From: an uncultured Planctomycetia bacterium
Lineage (GTDB): Bacteria > Omnitrophota > Gorgyraeia > Duberdicusellales > 4484-171
Reading direction: 5' to 3'
DNA: 64,000 nucleotides
NCBI GenBank assembly: GCA_964483625.1
Contig: CAZABB010000001.1
Coordinates: 3,222 to 67,221, forward strand
Shown here: positions 19,023 through 28,840 of the stretch, in pieces
How the letters are laid out: every line of letters starts with the position of its first letter
Position numbering within the stretch: position 1 is the stretch's first letter
Program-made: the position numbers and the translations under genes
The notes under the pieces: model-generated
The model's input: the letters and a program-made list of their open reading frames with translations, nothing else
Told to the model about the DNA's origin: nothing
Database searches by the model: none

Positions 19023-19838
19023 ATGGATTACGCTGTAGAAATAAGTCATTTGACCAAGACCTTTAGACCAAATAAAACATTTTATCGTTTTCTCACTCAT
19101 CCATTTCGTGTCGAAAAACCCATAACCGCTCTTCACGATATCTCACTCCGGATCAAGAAAGGTGAACTACTGACCCTTGTCGGCCCAAATGGCGCGGGAA
19201 AAAGTACGTTGTTAAAAATCCTTTCCTGCCTTATCCTGCCGACCTCGGGAAAAGCCAAAATAGCAGGACACGATGTGGTAAAAAATCCCGGAGAAGTAAA
19301 AATGGCCATAGGTCTGATTTCCGGCGATGAACGAAGTTTCTACTGGCGCCTTACCCTGCGCCAGAATCTTTCTTTCTTTGCCGCCTTATACAACGTCTTC
19401 GGTAATCAAGCAGAAGAAAGGATGAAATATCTTGCGTCTTTTCTCCAATTGACTCCTCACTTGGACCGGCGTTTTCAGGAAACATCCACCGGAATCAGAC
19501 AACGGATGATGATCGCGCGTAGTTTACTCAACAATCCTTCCGTTCTGTTTATGGACGAACCGAATAAAAGTCTGGATATCGCCATAAACAGAGAGCTTTT
19601 CCGGACAATAGAAGAAGAACTGATCAACAAACAGGGGAAAACAATCATCCTGGCCACACATACCCTTTCTGAGATACACACACCTGTGACGAAGATAGCG
19701 ATAATGAAAGAAGGAGAAATAAAAGCATGCGGGACCATCGAAGAGTTAACCCGGTCGTTTAACGTGTCTTCGAAAAATACCGAACATATATATAAAACGG
19801 TGATACAAGATGAATCGTACGGAGACATTCCTACGTAA
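19023..19838 (+). CDS. ABC transporter ATP-binding protein (ABC-2 / Wzt-TagH-like exporter ATPase, no C-terminal carbohydrate-binding domain)
   Basis: Walker A LVGPNGAGKSTLLKIL, signature/Walker B region (..LFMDEPNKSLD). The start is trimmed to MDYAVEISHLTKTF; the longest ORF runs from 18963. Confidence 0.85.
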   Translation: MDYAVEISHLTKTFRPNKTFYRFLTHPFRVEKPITALHDISLRIKKGELLTLVGPNGAGKSTLLKILSCLILPTSGKAKIAGHDVVKNPGEVKMAIGLISGDERSFYWRLTLRQNLSFFAALYNVFGNQAEERMKYLASFLQLTPHLDRRFQETSTGIRQRMMIARSLLNNPSVLFMDEPNKSLDIAINRELFRTIEEELINKQGKTIILATHTLSEIHTPVTKIAIMKEGEIKACGTIEELTRSFNVSSKNTEHIYKTVIQDESYGDIPT

Positions 19839-20634
19839 AGCGTGGGCTTTCATCAAAAAAGATTTTCATATCCAGTCAAGTTACCGTATCTCTTTCCTTT
19901 TCGAATGGTTAGGCATCCTGATCCACGCGGCAACGTTCTATTTTGTGGCAAAGTTGTTCGAACAGAACCTGACGCCTTACCTGAAAGAATACCAGACCGG
20001 ATATTTCCCTTTTGTTCTTATCGGGATAGCCTTTTCCGGATACCTTTCTATTGCCATACGCAGTTTTTCGGGAAATATACGGCGGGAACAAATGATGGGC
20101 ACATTGGAAGCAATGATAACAACCCCCACCCGGCTGCCGATATTGATCGTTTCTCTCTCACTCTGGAACTTCATCTTTACCTCCATCAGCAGTTTTATTT
20201 ATCTGTCCTGCGGCGTACTGTTTTTTGACGTCGATTTAAGCCATATGAACATCGGAGCCACGCTGATTATTCTTCTGCTCACGATCGTCTCATTCAGCTG
20301 TATCGGGATAATTTCCGCTTCGTTTGTGATCGTGCTGAAAAAAGGCGACCCGGTCAGCTGGCTGACGGATACATTCGCTCGATTTTTCGGAGGAGCCCTC
20401 TTTCCCGTAATCATACTCCCGAAGGGATTACGGACGATTTCTTATTTTTTACCGATCACATATTCACTCAAAGCACTGCGCCATTCTCTGCTGCAGGGAT
20501 ATGGATTCAGCATGCTCCGTTTCGAAATCGGGATACTGCTGGCATTCTGTATTATTCTTGGTCCCCTCAGCCTATGGACATTTCGCGGCGCGGTCAGGAA
20601 AGCGAAAAATACGGGAAGCCTGGCCCATTATTGA
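19810..20634 (+). CDS. ABC-2 type transporter permease (Wzm/TagG-like)
   Basis: About 6 TM helices and an N-terminal amphipathic AFIKKDF motif typical of ABC-2 permeases. It overlaps the ATPase gene by 29 nt. Confidence 0.8.
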   Translation: MNRTETFLRKAWAFIKKDFHIQSSYRISFLFEWLGILIHAATFYFVAKLFEQNLTPYLKEYQTGYFPFVLIGIAFSGYLSIAIRSFSGNIRREQMMGTLEAMITTPTRLPILIVSLSLWNFIFTSISSFIYLSCGVLFFDVDLSHMNIGATLIILLLTIVSFSCIGIISASFVIVLKKGDPVSWLTDTFARFFGGALFPVIILPKGLRTISYFLPITYSLKALRHSLLQGYGFSMLRFEIGILLAFCIILGPLSLWTFRGAVRKAKNTGSLAHY

Positions 20635-20679
20635 TATATCCTGCGGCGGCCGGGTATCGCGCATATATCGAGTTGTACA

Positions 20680-21738
20680 ATGTTATTAAGTCGTATTCAC
20701 CGGTATCTACCCAACATCTTCGGGTTCCTCCCCACGAGCATCAAACTCCGCCTTACCTATCGATGCAATCTTACATGTATCATGTGTCCGGTCTGGAAAA
20801 CTCCCGGCTGGAAGCCCGATGCAGATAAAGAGACGACCTTTTCCGAACTCTCGGCAATCGTCAAAGATATTATGGCTTCGTATCAAAAAATTCCCTATCG
20901 CCCCTACGTTTCTCTCTCGGGGGGGGAACCCTTCCTGAGAAGTGATATCATCGAAATCAGTCGTTTCCTCGATGACAGCGATATCCCGGGCTTCTGCATA
21001 AACTCCAACGGAACACAGATAAAAAACGACCAGATCTCGGCTTTACGTAATCTAAGAAAACTTCATATCAACATATCACTCTTAGGCCCGGAACATGTCC
21101 ACGACCGGATAACCGGCAAAAAAGGATCATTCCAGCAAACTCTGACGACAATAAAAAAACTGCGGGAAAACAATTTCAAAGTTACCCTTCAGACAACGAT
21201 CACATCGCTCAATCAAAGCCACCTTCTCGATATATGCAGCATCGCACAAGATCTCCACTGTGCCCTTTGTTATAATTTCGGTCAATTTTCCCGCCTGCAA
21301 GATCATATCCGCCAGAAAGAGATCACAAAAAAAGAATTTTCTGAAGAATTCTTGAATACCAGCTCTGTAGCCCGGACCTTTTTTCATATTAATCCCGACA
21401 TTCTGAAAGAGCAGGTAGCGGCCGTCCGGGAAAAAGCTCTTCGCTCCCGCATTCCCTGCCGCTTCATTCCCGATATCGGTCTCGATGAAATAGAAGATTA
21501 CTACCATGACGCGGCGTATCGCGTCGCAGCCACATGCCCTTATTTTTTTTCCGGGATAACGATTACTCCTTCGGGAGGATTGACACCCTGCGTCCTCCAT
21601 TACGAAATATGCAACGTAAAACACACCGGCTTCGCCGGATCGCTAGGGCATGAACGGTTCAGAAAACTGAGAGCATATATACGGAAGCACGGAATCTTTC
21701 CCGTCTGTCGTCATTGTGGATATCTTACAAAAACATAA
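20680..21738 (+). CDS. radical SAM enzyme with SPASM domain
   Basis: LRLTYRCNLTCIMC and SGGEPFL motifs. C-terminal SPASM region CPYFFSG..PC..C...CRHCGYL. Confidence 0.85.
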   Translation: MLLSRIHRYLPNIFGFLPTSIKLRLTYRCNLTCIMCPVWKTPGWKPDADKETTFSELSAIVKDIMASYQKIPYRPYVSLSGGEPFLRSDIIEISRFLDDSDIPGFCINSNGTQIKNDQISALRNLRKLHINISLLGPEHVHDRITGKKGSFQQTLTTIKKLRENNFKVTLQTTITSLNQSHLLDICSIAQDLHCALCYNFGQFSRLQDHIRQKEITKKEFSEEFLNTSSVARTFFHINPDILKEQVAAVREKALRSRIPCRFIPDIGLDEIEDYYHDAAYRVAATCPYFFSGITITPSGGLTPCVLHYEICNVKHTGFAGSLGHERFRKLRAYIRKHGIFPVCRHCGYLTKT

Positions 21739-21761
21739 CCGTGCGAAAAAGAAGATGCCTT

Positions 21762-23003
21762 ATGAACAAAATGAGTATCGCTATTATTAAATTCAACTAC
21801 CTTCCCTTGAGCGAGACTTTCATCTATGAGGGAATAGCAAGGCTTAAAAAATACCGTCCTGTAATCTTGTGTAAGGTAAAAGAAAATACCGGGGCGTTTG
21901 GATGCGAGACTCTCCATTCTCAATTCTCCTCTCATCCGTTCAGAAAGCTCTGCAACGATTCTCTCAAGGAACGATTTTTCAAAAATACCTGTTTCAACGT
22001 TCTTTTCGGCAACCTTTCTTTTTTTGAAAAATATATCGACCAATACCGTATCCGGCTTCTACACGCCATGTTTCCTCACGAAGGGATTTATACTCTTCCT
22101 TTAAAACGGAAATACGGAATACCGTTGGTCGTATCTTTCCACGGAGGATACTCAAGCTCCGTATCTCCATTTATACATAAGCCATGGTTTGAAAAGCTAT
22201 TCGCTGCCGCAGATCTCTGTACGGTCCCTTCACGCTATACGCAGAACACGCTCGAAAGAGCCGGATGCCCTCCGGAAAAAATACGAATCCATCACTGTGG
22301 AGTAGATATAACAAAAATTCCCTTCAAACCGAGAATATACCGTAATTCAAACGAACCGGTACGCTTTCTTACCGTAGGAAGAATCGTAGAAAAAAAGGGG
22401 CTTGCCGATATAATCGAAGCGTTCTCTCTTTCACACAGAAAACACAGGAATATCCGTCTGGACATTATCGGAGACAGCGCTCCTTACTGCCAGAGAGCAG
22501 GGAAGAATATCCTGAAAAGAATAGGGTTGATTTCGTACGCAGAAGGAAATCCCCTGTATAAAGAAAAAGTAAAAGCAATGGTACAACAGCTAGGTATTGC
22601 TCATGCCGTTCATTTCCACGGAGCCCTGCGGCACCGCGAAGTAATCAAAAAACTCTCGGAGGCGCATATCTTCCTCTTGTCCAGTCACCGTTCCTGCGAT
22701 GGAGATGAAGAATCTCTTCCCGTGGCTCTCCTGGAAGCTCAGGCTAACGGCATGCCGGTTATCGCGACGGATCACGCCGGAATATCCGAGGGTGTGCGGA
22801 GAAATCGGTCGGCGTACCTTGTTGCCGAAAGAAATCCTGCAGAACTCAGCAACAGAATCAATCATTTGATCGAACATCCTTACCTATGGCCGCAGATAGG
22901 AACGGCCGGCCGGGAATATGTTTCGCGAAATTTTCATATAGGCGATTTGACCGAAAAAATAGAAAGCATATATGGCACTCTCATCCAACGATACAATCAT
23001 TGA
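21762..23003 (+). CDS. GT4 (GT-B fold) glycosyltransferase
   Basis: The C-terminal domain motif EAQANGMPVIATDHAGISEGV carries the E-x7-E-like signature of GT4. The start is trimmed to MNKMSIAIIK; the longest ORF runs from 21714. Confidence 0.85.
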   Translation: MNKMSIAIIKFNYLPLSETFIYEGIARLKKYRPVILCKVKENTGAFGCETLHSQFSSHPFRKLCNDSLKERFFKNTCFNVLFGNLSFFEKYIDQYRIRLLHAMFPHEGIYTLPLKRKYGIPLVVSFHGGYSSSVSPFIHKPWFEKLFAAADLCTVPSRYTQNTLERAGCPPEKIRIHHCGVDITKIPFKPRIYRNSNEPVRFLTVGRIVEKKGLADIIEAFSLSHRKHRNIRLDIIGDSAPYCQRAGKNILKRIGLISYAEGNPLYKEKVKAMVQQLGIAHAVHFHGALRHREVIKKLSEAHIFLLSSHRSCDGDEESLPVALLEAQANGMPVIATDHAGISEGVRRNRSAYLVAERNPAELSNRINHLIEHPYLWPQIGTAGREYVSRNFHIGDLTEKIESIYGTLIQRYNH

Positions 23004-23889
23004 AAAAATGATCTCGGTTATTATCCCCACACACAATAGGAAAAACTTGCTCAAACAATGCGTGCGAAGCGTCCTCCGGCAGGACTTCCCTTCCCATGGA
23101 TATGAAATCATCGTAATTGATGACGGTTCCCGGGACGATACGGAAGTTTTTCTTAAAAAAGCCAGCCGGCACATAAAGAATCTTTCTTACCATCGTAATC
23201 CGGTCAATCAAGGGCGGTCTTCGGCCCGAAACAAGGGCATCGACCTGGCACGAGGAGAAATCATTGCTTTCACCGACGATGATTGCGTTCTTCCCCGCGA
23301 GTGGCTGTCCGGCATTATACAAACGTTCCAGCGCCACCCCGATGCCGCAGCCGTGGGAGGCAGTATTATAAACCCGAGCCTGTCGCCGGCAAGCTGGGCG
23401 GAGTACATTTTGATCTTTTCGGCATGGTTTCCCGTCGGCAGGGAACGCTCGGTACGAAACATCCCCACGTGTAACGTCGCCTATCGTAAAATCTGCATAG
23501 AGGGATTGCTGTTTTCCTTAGAAGGAAAGAACTTGAATTATCGTGATACGCTTTTAAATTTTACACTTTCAAAAAAAGGTGGTAGATTAATATTTAACCC
23601 CCGTCTGCCTGTGTACCACTATCGCTGGCATGCGACTTATTCCTTCAACGATTTTCTTGAAACCCAGCGCAAACAGGCCCGCGGATTTATCTGGGAAGGG
23701 TATGAATTCCACGGAAGAGCGGGGAAACTGTTGATACGGTTTCGTTTCCTTAATTTTTTATATCCGGCCTTAATCTTTGCCTTGGTGAGATGTTTGCGTC
23801 GTAAAAAGTATACCTTAATGTTTTTTAAGACCTGTATTCTTATGCTCAAAGGTGAACAGGAAAAGGCCAGAATAATATCGTCATGGTAG
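22972..23889 (+). CDS. GT2 family glycosyltransferase
   Basis: ISVIIPTHNRKNLL..EIIVIDDGSRDDTE..FTDDDC. An alternative start at 23008 (MISVIIP) would remove the overlap with the upstream gene. Confidence 0.85.
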   Translation: MALSSNDTIIEKMISVIIPTHNRKNLLKQCVRSVLRQDFPSHGYEIIVIDDGSRDDTEVFLKKASRHIKNLSYHRNPVNQGRSSARNKGIDLARGEIIAFTDDDCVLPREWLSGIIQTFQRHPDAAAVGGSIINPSLSPASWAEYILIFSAWFPVGRERSVRNIPTCNVAYRKICIEGLLFSLEGKNLNYRDTLLNFTLSKKGGRLIFNPRLPVYHYRWHATYSFNDFLETQRKQARGFIWEGYEFHGRAGKLLIRFRFLNFLYPALIFALVRCLRRKKYTLMFFKTCILMLKGEQEKARIISSW

Positions 23890-24797
23890 CGCAAGGTAAA
23901 AATACCGTCCGGGTTTCAATCATTATTCCCCTGTTCAATGGCGAAAACACCATTGAAGAATGTATGTCTTCTCTACGTTCCTTACAGTATCCGCATCCGT
24001 ACGAAATCATCATTATAGATAATAATTCCAGCGACAGGTCGGTGGAGAAAATCAAACCGTATGTGAATGGACATACCGTCCGGCTATATTCGGAAAGAAA
24101 ACAGGGATCCTATGCGGCGCGCAACAAAGGCATCCGGCTGGCTCGCGGCGCATTCATCGCTTTTACCGACGCCGATTGCATTGTGCAAAAAGACTGGCTC
24201 ACCAATATCACCAAAAGACTGGAAGAACATACGGTAGGAGGGGTGGGAGGAAAAATCGTACCATACCGGCCCGAAACGGACCTGGAACGGTTTGGTGACA
24301 AGTACATATTCAACGAAGAAAAGAAACCATTTCCTTACCTCGGTACCGGAAACTGCGTTTTTCGCAAAGATGTCCTGTGGGAACTGCACTTATTTGACGA
24401 ACGATTTCTCTCGGGAGGCGACGTCGATCTCAGTTTAAGGATTCAGAAACAGGGGTATCGATTATTGTATCAGCCCGACGCGGTAATTTGCCATAAACAC
24501 CGGACATCCCTGAAAGCCTTTTTCTGTCAATATTATACGTACGGTAAAGGGTGGAAGATATTGAGAGGGAAATGGGGAACTCAGAGCTCATTATTTCGTA
24601 ATGTCCACGGATATCGCAAAGGCATGTATGCGCTCTATCATGTCTTACATTTTTTACTGTTATATCCCTATCTTCACCTGAGGCGAAAAAAGGTTACGTG
24701 GGAAGATAGAATGAATGTATTTTCCCAACTTTACCTGGCGATACAGGATGGAGCATTTTTTCTGGGATACACGTATATTCCCGTATCCCGTCCGTAA
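23883..24797 (+). CDS. GT2 family glycosyltransferase
   Basis: VSIIIPLFNGENTI..EIIIIDNNSSDRS..FTDADC. Confidence 0.85.
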   Translation: MVAQGKNTVRVSIIIPLFNGENTIEECMSSLRSLQYPHPYEIIIIDNNSSDRSVEKIKPYVNGHTVRLYSERKQGSYAARNKGIRLARGAFIAFTDADCIVQKDWLTNITKRLEEHTVGGVGGKIVPYRPETDLERFGDKYIFNEEKKPFPYLGTGNCVFRKDVLWELHLFDERFLSGGDVDLSLRIQKQGYRLLYQPDAVICHKHRTSLKAFFCQYYTYGKGWKILRGKWGTQSSLFRNVHGYRKGMYALYHVLHFLLLYPYLHLRRKKVTWEDRMNVFSQLYLAIQDGAFFLGYTYIPVSRP

Positions 24798-24804
24798 AAC
24801 CCTG

Positions 24805-25914
24805 ATGATGAAGAACTATCGCCACATGATCCAGCGCATAAAAATCATCGGAGGAATTCTCAATTCACGCATTCCCTTTACCGGACCGATGGCCTGCATG
24901 ATCGCTCTTACCGATGCGTGTAATATCCAATGTTCTTTCTGTCCGGTCCATTCAAGTTTTCTGACCGAAGAGCGAAAGAATAAGTTTAGGGATTCATTTG
25001 GCCTGGAGGAATTAAAATCACTCCTGCGTCAGTTAAGAGATCTTCACGTATGTAAATTATTTTTTGCCGGGCGGGGAGAACCGTTTTCCTATCCTTACAT
25101 AAGAGAAACTCTGGATTATTGTCGGCATCTGGGCTTAGAGACCAATTTTACTACCAATGGGACATTGATTGACTCTTCTCTAATGCAGGATCTTATTCGG
25201 CTGGGAGTAAAAGAATTGAATGTGAGCATATGCGCAGGGAGTCCGGAACATTATGTACGGGTCCATCCTCATACCAGCGAAGAAACATTCTTGCGCATAA
25301 AAGGATGGCTGCATGACAGCCTAAGGTTCAAACGACGCCCCCGCATCGTCATTACGAATATTATATGCAACAAGAATAGCGATGATATCGAGAACATGGT
25401 TCGACTTGCCAAAGAAGCAAGGGCCCAGGAAGTACGGTTTGAACCGGTTCAGCTATTCGACTACATCAAAGAAGACCTGCGATTATCGCCGCCGCAAAAG
25501 TCAACCCTTTTAGCATCATCACCGCGCATTTCCACCCTTCTGAGAACATACCGGTTAAAAAGCAACTTCTCCGACATGTTAAAAAGACTAACCCATGACG
25601 TGCGGGGAGAAGGAAGATACAATTATCTGGCGGGAAAAATATCGTGTTACCAGGGATGGTTAACGTGTGGGATATTAGCATCGGGAGACGTCATATTTTG
25701 CTGTGAATCAACCCGCCACATCATCGGAAACATCTACCGGTCTCCCTTTAAGGAAATATGGTTCTCAGCCGAATATAACACATTGCGACACAAAGCGCTC
25801 ACTCAGGGCTGCATCTATCCGGACAAACGGCAAACAAGCTGTTTTTACGCACTACAAAATTTAATGCTGCACAGATGTCTCCGCGTGCCGGAAGCCGTAC
25901 GAAAAAATGTTTGA
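24805..25914 (+). CDS. radical SAM enzyme with SPASM domain
   Basis: ALTDACNIQCSFC and GRGEPF motifs. C-terminal region CYQGWLTCG...CC..GNIYRSPFKEIW...C..C. The start is trimmed to the MMKNYRHM Met pair; the longest ORF runs from 24715. Confidence 0.85.
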   Translation: MMKNYRHMIQRIKIIGGILNSRIPFTGPMACMIALTDACNIQCSFCPVHSSFLTEERKNKFRDSFGLEELKSLLRQLRDLHVCKLFFAGRGEPFSYPYIRETLDYCRHLGLETNFTTNGTLIDSSLMQDLIRLGVKELNVSICAGSPEHYVRVHPHTSEETFLRIKGWLHDSLRFKRRPRIVITNIICNKNSDDIENMVRLAKEARAQEVRFEPVQLFDYIKEDLRLSPPQKSTLLASSPRISTLLRTYRLKSNFSDMLKRLTHDVRGEGRYNYLAGKISCYQGWLTCGILASGDVIFCCESTRHIIGNIYRSPFKEIWFSAEYNTLRHKALTQGCIYPDKRQTSCFYALQNLMLHRCLRVPEAVRKNV

Positions 25915-26680
25915 TTGGATACCACGGCCTTTTATAACGAAAATCGATAAAAGCAATTTTATCGTTCCGGCAATTTCATACCATGAAATTTCGCTACGGG
26001 CCGTCTCTTCTCCCTGGGTAACCTCTCTTTCTTCATTCAAAGAACAGATGTATTACCTGAAGAGCATGAAAGTCCATACACTTTCGGTATCTCAATTTTA
26101 TCGTTACTTCACACACTCTTTACCTATCCCCCCTCTTTCGCTAATCATTACCTTTGACGACGGCTGGAAAGGACAATATGATTACGCCTTTCCTCTCCTA
26201 GGGGAACTTCGTTTTAATGCCACTTTTTACATCCCGTCGGGATGCATCGAAAAGAATTTCCGCGTGGCGGAATATGGTGAAGGCATTATGAATTGGGAAC
26301 ATATCCTTGAACTATCCCGCCAGGGGTTCGATATCCAGGCCCATTCTTCATCGCATCGGAACCTGACTTCTCTATCCAGGGAGGAATTAGAAAAAGAAAC
26401 CTCCGGCGCCGGACAGGTAATCGAGCAGAAAACTCACAAAAAAGTCGTTCATTTTGCTTGTCCGTATGACGCCGACGACGAGAATCTTGAATTAACACTG
26501 GTCCGTCATGGCTACGAAACCATCGCGTCACCGCCGTTTCCTACATACCGCCCCCCTTCCGATCTTTTGAGAATAACCCGATACCATATCCGTTCCGGCA
26601 GAGGAATGAACACGCTCAAAAATCTGATTTCCTATGCGAGACAGCGACGCTTCGGTAACATCAGGCATGCTGCCGGATAA
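25907..26680 (+). CDS. polysaccharide deacetylase (CE4 / NodB-homology domain)
   Basis: Motif 1 IITFDDGW and motif 2 HSSSHRNL. Confidence 0.8.
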   Translation: MFDWIPRPFITKIDKSNFIVPAISYHEISLRAVSSPWVTSLSSFKEQMYYLKSMKVHTLSVSQFYRYFTHSLPIPPLSLIITFDDGWKGQYDYAFPLLGELRFNATFYIPSGCIEKNFRVAEYGEGIMNWEHILELSRQGFDIQAHSSSHRNLTSLSREELEKETSGAGQVIEQKTHKKVVHFACPYDADDENLELTLVRHGYETIASPPFPTYRPPSDLLRITRYHIRSGRGMNTLKNLISYARQRRFGNIRHAAG

Positions 26681-26705
26681 AACAATCGGGGAGATAACGA
26701 TTTTC

Positions 26706-27806
26706 TCACTGTAAACGCAGCGTCGTACTCAAACTGACGGGACACCGGCGACAATAATTCATTCTTCTTTTACGGAAATGACGGAAGCGCGCCGAATGCC
26801 AAATGGTATCCAAGTCTTCATCAAATAAATTGCCGAGAACCGGATGTTGTGTGAAATCAACGGCCGGACAAGGAGCAACGTCTCCATTCTTTAAAATCAA
26901 CGCAAAGGAGCAGGGGAGGTCACAGAATAGAGAAGGCTCTATATGCTGTAAATACACACCTCGGGAAAAACTTTCGGGAGAACTCAGGCGGAAATCGTAT
27001 ATATTTTTAATCTTCTTGGTATTAAACTTCCTGTCCCGCGGCTTTATCCCGGGAAAATCCCGGAGACAAACATGAATCTGTTCGCTTATATGCGTACGAA
27101 AATGCCGGATTTGCTGCATATCGAGAAGGAAACGATCTTGTCCAAAATCGTATTCAATATAATCGATATCCAGAGAATCACAGCCCAGCGTTTTCGCCAG
27201 CGTAATCATCCCGGGGACATCCTGAAAGGTATACCGGGAGAGGATCATCCGTATGCCGACTTCGATATTTTGCCCCGGAAGCCTCTTCAACCGAACCAGA
27301 GCCTTGATGCCATGCACAGCTTTATCATACAACCCCACACATCTTCGCAGATCATCGTGGATATCCCTATGAGGGCTATCGATAGAGACAATAAACCGAT
27401 CCACACCTTTTTCCACTAAACACTGCGCCAAAACCTCATCAAGTAAACCGCCGTTGGTATTGAGCGTAACGTCCATGGCTCGCTCCTTTATTTCCTCTAC
27501 TATGACGGAAAGCTTTTCGTACAACAACGGCTCGCCGCCGCTTAGAATAACTTCTTTACACTTCAAGCGTACTAACGCATCAAATAACTTAACATAATCA
27601 TTAATCTCCATTTTCCTGTCCGCATTCTTACTGCGATAATGCTCTCTTCGTGCCGTACACGCCCCGCAACGGGCAAAACAATTCTCCTCTATTTTTAAAA
27701 CGACCCTTTTTAACTTCGATTGACAACACTTCCATTTCACATTCGTTATCTTAGAATGAGAGAAAAGAACGCGCATTGTATGCAGACGAGATAGGATACT
27801 GTTCAT
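26706..27806 (-). CDS. radical SAM enzyme with SPASM domain
   Basis: CFARCGAC (CxxxCxxC) and SGGEPL motifs. C-terminal region CDLPCS...PC...GNLFDEDLDTIW...CRRCPVS. Confidence 0.85.
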   Translation of the reverse strand: MNSILSRLHTMRVLFSHSKITNVKWKCCQSKLKRVVLKIEENCFARCGACTARREHYRSKNADRKMEINDYVKLFDALVRLKCKEVILSGGEPLLYEKLSVIVEEIKERAMDVTLNTNGGLLDEVLAQCLVEKGVDRFIVSIDSPHRDIHDDLRRCVGLYDKAVHGIKALVRLKRLPGQNIEVGIRMILSRYTFQDVPGMITLAKTLGCDSLDIDYIEYDFGQDRFLLDMQQIRHFRTHISEQIHVCLRDFPGIKPRDRKFNTKKIKNIYDFRLSSPESFSRGVYLQHIEPSLFCDLPCSFALILKNGDVAPCPAVDFTQHPVLGNLFDEDLDTIWHSARFRHFRKRRMNYCRRCPVSLSTTLRLQ

Positions 27807-28837
27807 AATCTATGGTCGTGGGGTTTTTTCCATCTTTCAGGCATATACCGTATTTTTTGCCACAGCACATGGACGCCACAGAATAGGAATCCCAATCCAT
27901 AACTGATATGTGTGAGGGGGAAAAGAAAAATGAGCAAAGGGGTCACTACTACGTCCTTTTTTTCCCATGTAATTGCCGCAGTGAATACCAGAAGAAATGC
28001 ACTATAGAGATAGAATGGAATAAGAAACCATACATTTCTATAAAAAGGAAGAAAGACGGCATATCCGACGAACAGGCTTGGCAGAAAGAAGATGCCGGAA
28101 AAAATATCGGGCAGATATATCATGGTTTGAAACCTTCCCTTTCCGTACCTGTATATTTGCGAACAATAGGCTGCTATATTTGCCCGCCGACAATGATACA
28201 CGACGAGATGAGGAACAAAAAGGGCACGGAATCCTCTCTGATACAACTGGTGTAATAAAAGATTCTCCTCCGCACATACCAGATCTTCGTTGAAATAGAT
28301 GAGGGTACGTTCAAATACATCCATCCTTATCGCAAGATTGCATAATATTAAACTTCGCTCCGTTACCACTTTCTCCTGGCCGTATCCTTTATATCGCTGA
28401 CTCATTTGATATGTGCCGAAAAATGAGCTTAAAACGTACCCCTGACACTGCTGAAAACGACTGCTCACCGGTGGAGTTAGATTGGGGCCGCCGACAATAT
28501 GAATATCCGGGTGTTGTTCGAATTTTTCGATTAAGAGTTGTAACGTATCCACCCCAATCACCACATCGTCATCTATAAAGTAGGCAATCCGCCCTCTTGC
28601 CATTTTCAACGCCCGGTTTCGGGCGCAACCCTTTGTCGTTTCATGAAGAATATGGATATGTATATTCTTTTTCTCCCTGAAACGACGGGAAATACTCTGA
28701 AGTAACAATCTGTTGTTATTCACAAGCACAATCACTTCACAATCAGAAAACCGGGCCGCCTCGGTGATACTTTGCAAGCAAGTGTTGACAGAATTACTGT
28801 CTTTAGAAAAAGGGACGATTACCGAAATTACGCACAT
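27803..28837 (-). CDS. GT2 family glycosyltransferase with C-terminal transmembrane segments
   Basis: ISVIVPFSKDSNSV..EVIVLVNNN..YFIDDDV. The C-terminal ~90 aa are hydrophobic. Confidence 0.8.
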   Translation of the reverse strand: MCVISVIVPFSKDSNSVNTCLQSITEAARFSDCEVIVLVNNNRLLLQSISRRFREKKNIHIHILHETTKGCARNRALKMARGRIAYFIDDDVVIGVDTLQLLIEKFEQHPDIHIVGGPNLTPPVSSRFQQCQGYVLSSFFGTYQMSQRYKGYGQEKVVTERSLILCNLAIRMDVFERTLIYFNEDLVCAEENLLLHQLYQRGFRALFVPHLVVYHCRRANIAAYCSQIYRYGKGRFQTMIYLPDIFSGIFFLPSLFVGYAVFLPFYRNVWFLIPFYLYSAFLLVFTAAITWEKKDVVVTPLLIFLFPLTHISYGLGFLFCGVHVLWQKIRYMPERWKKPHDHRL

Positions 28838-28840
28838 AGA

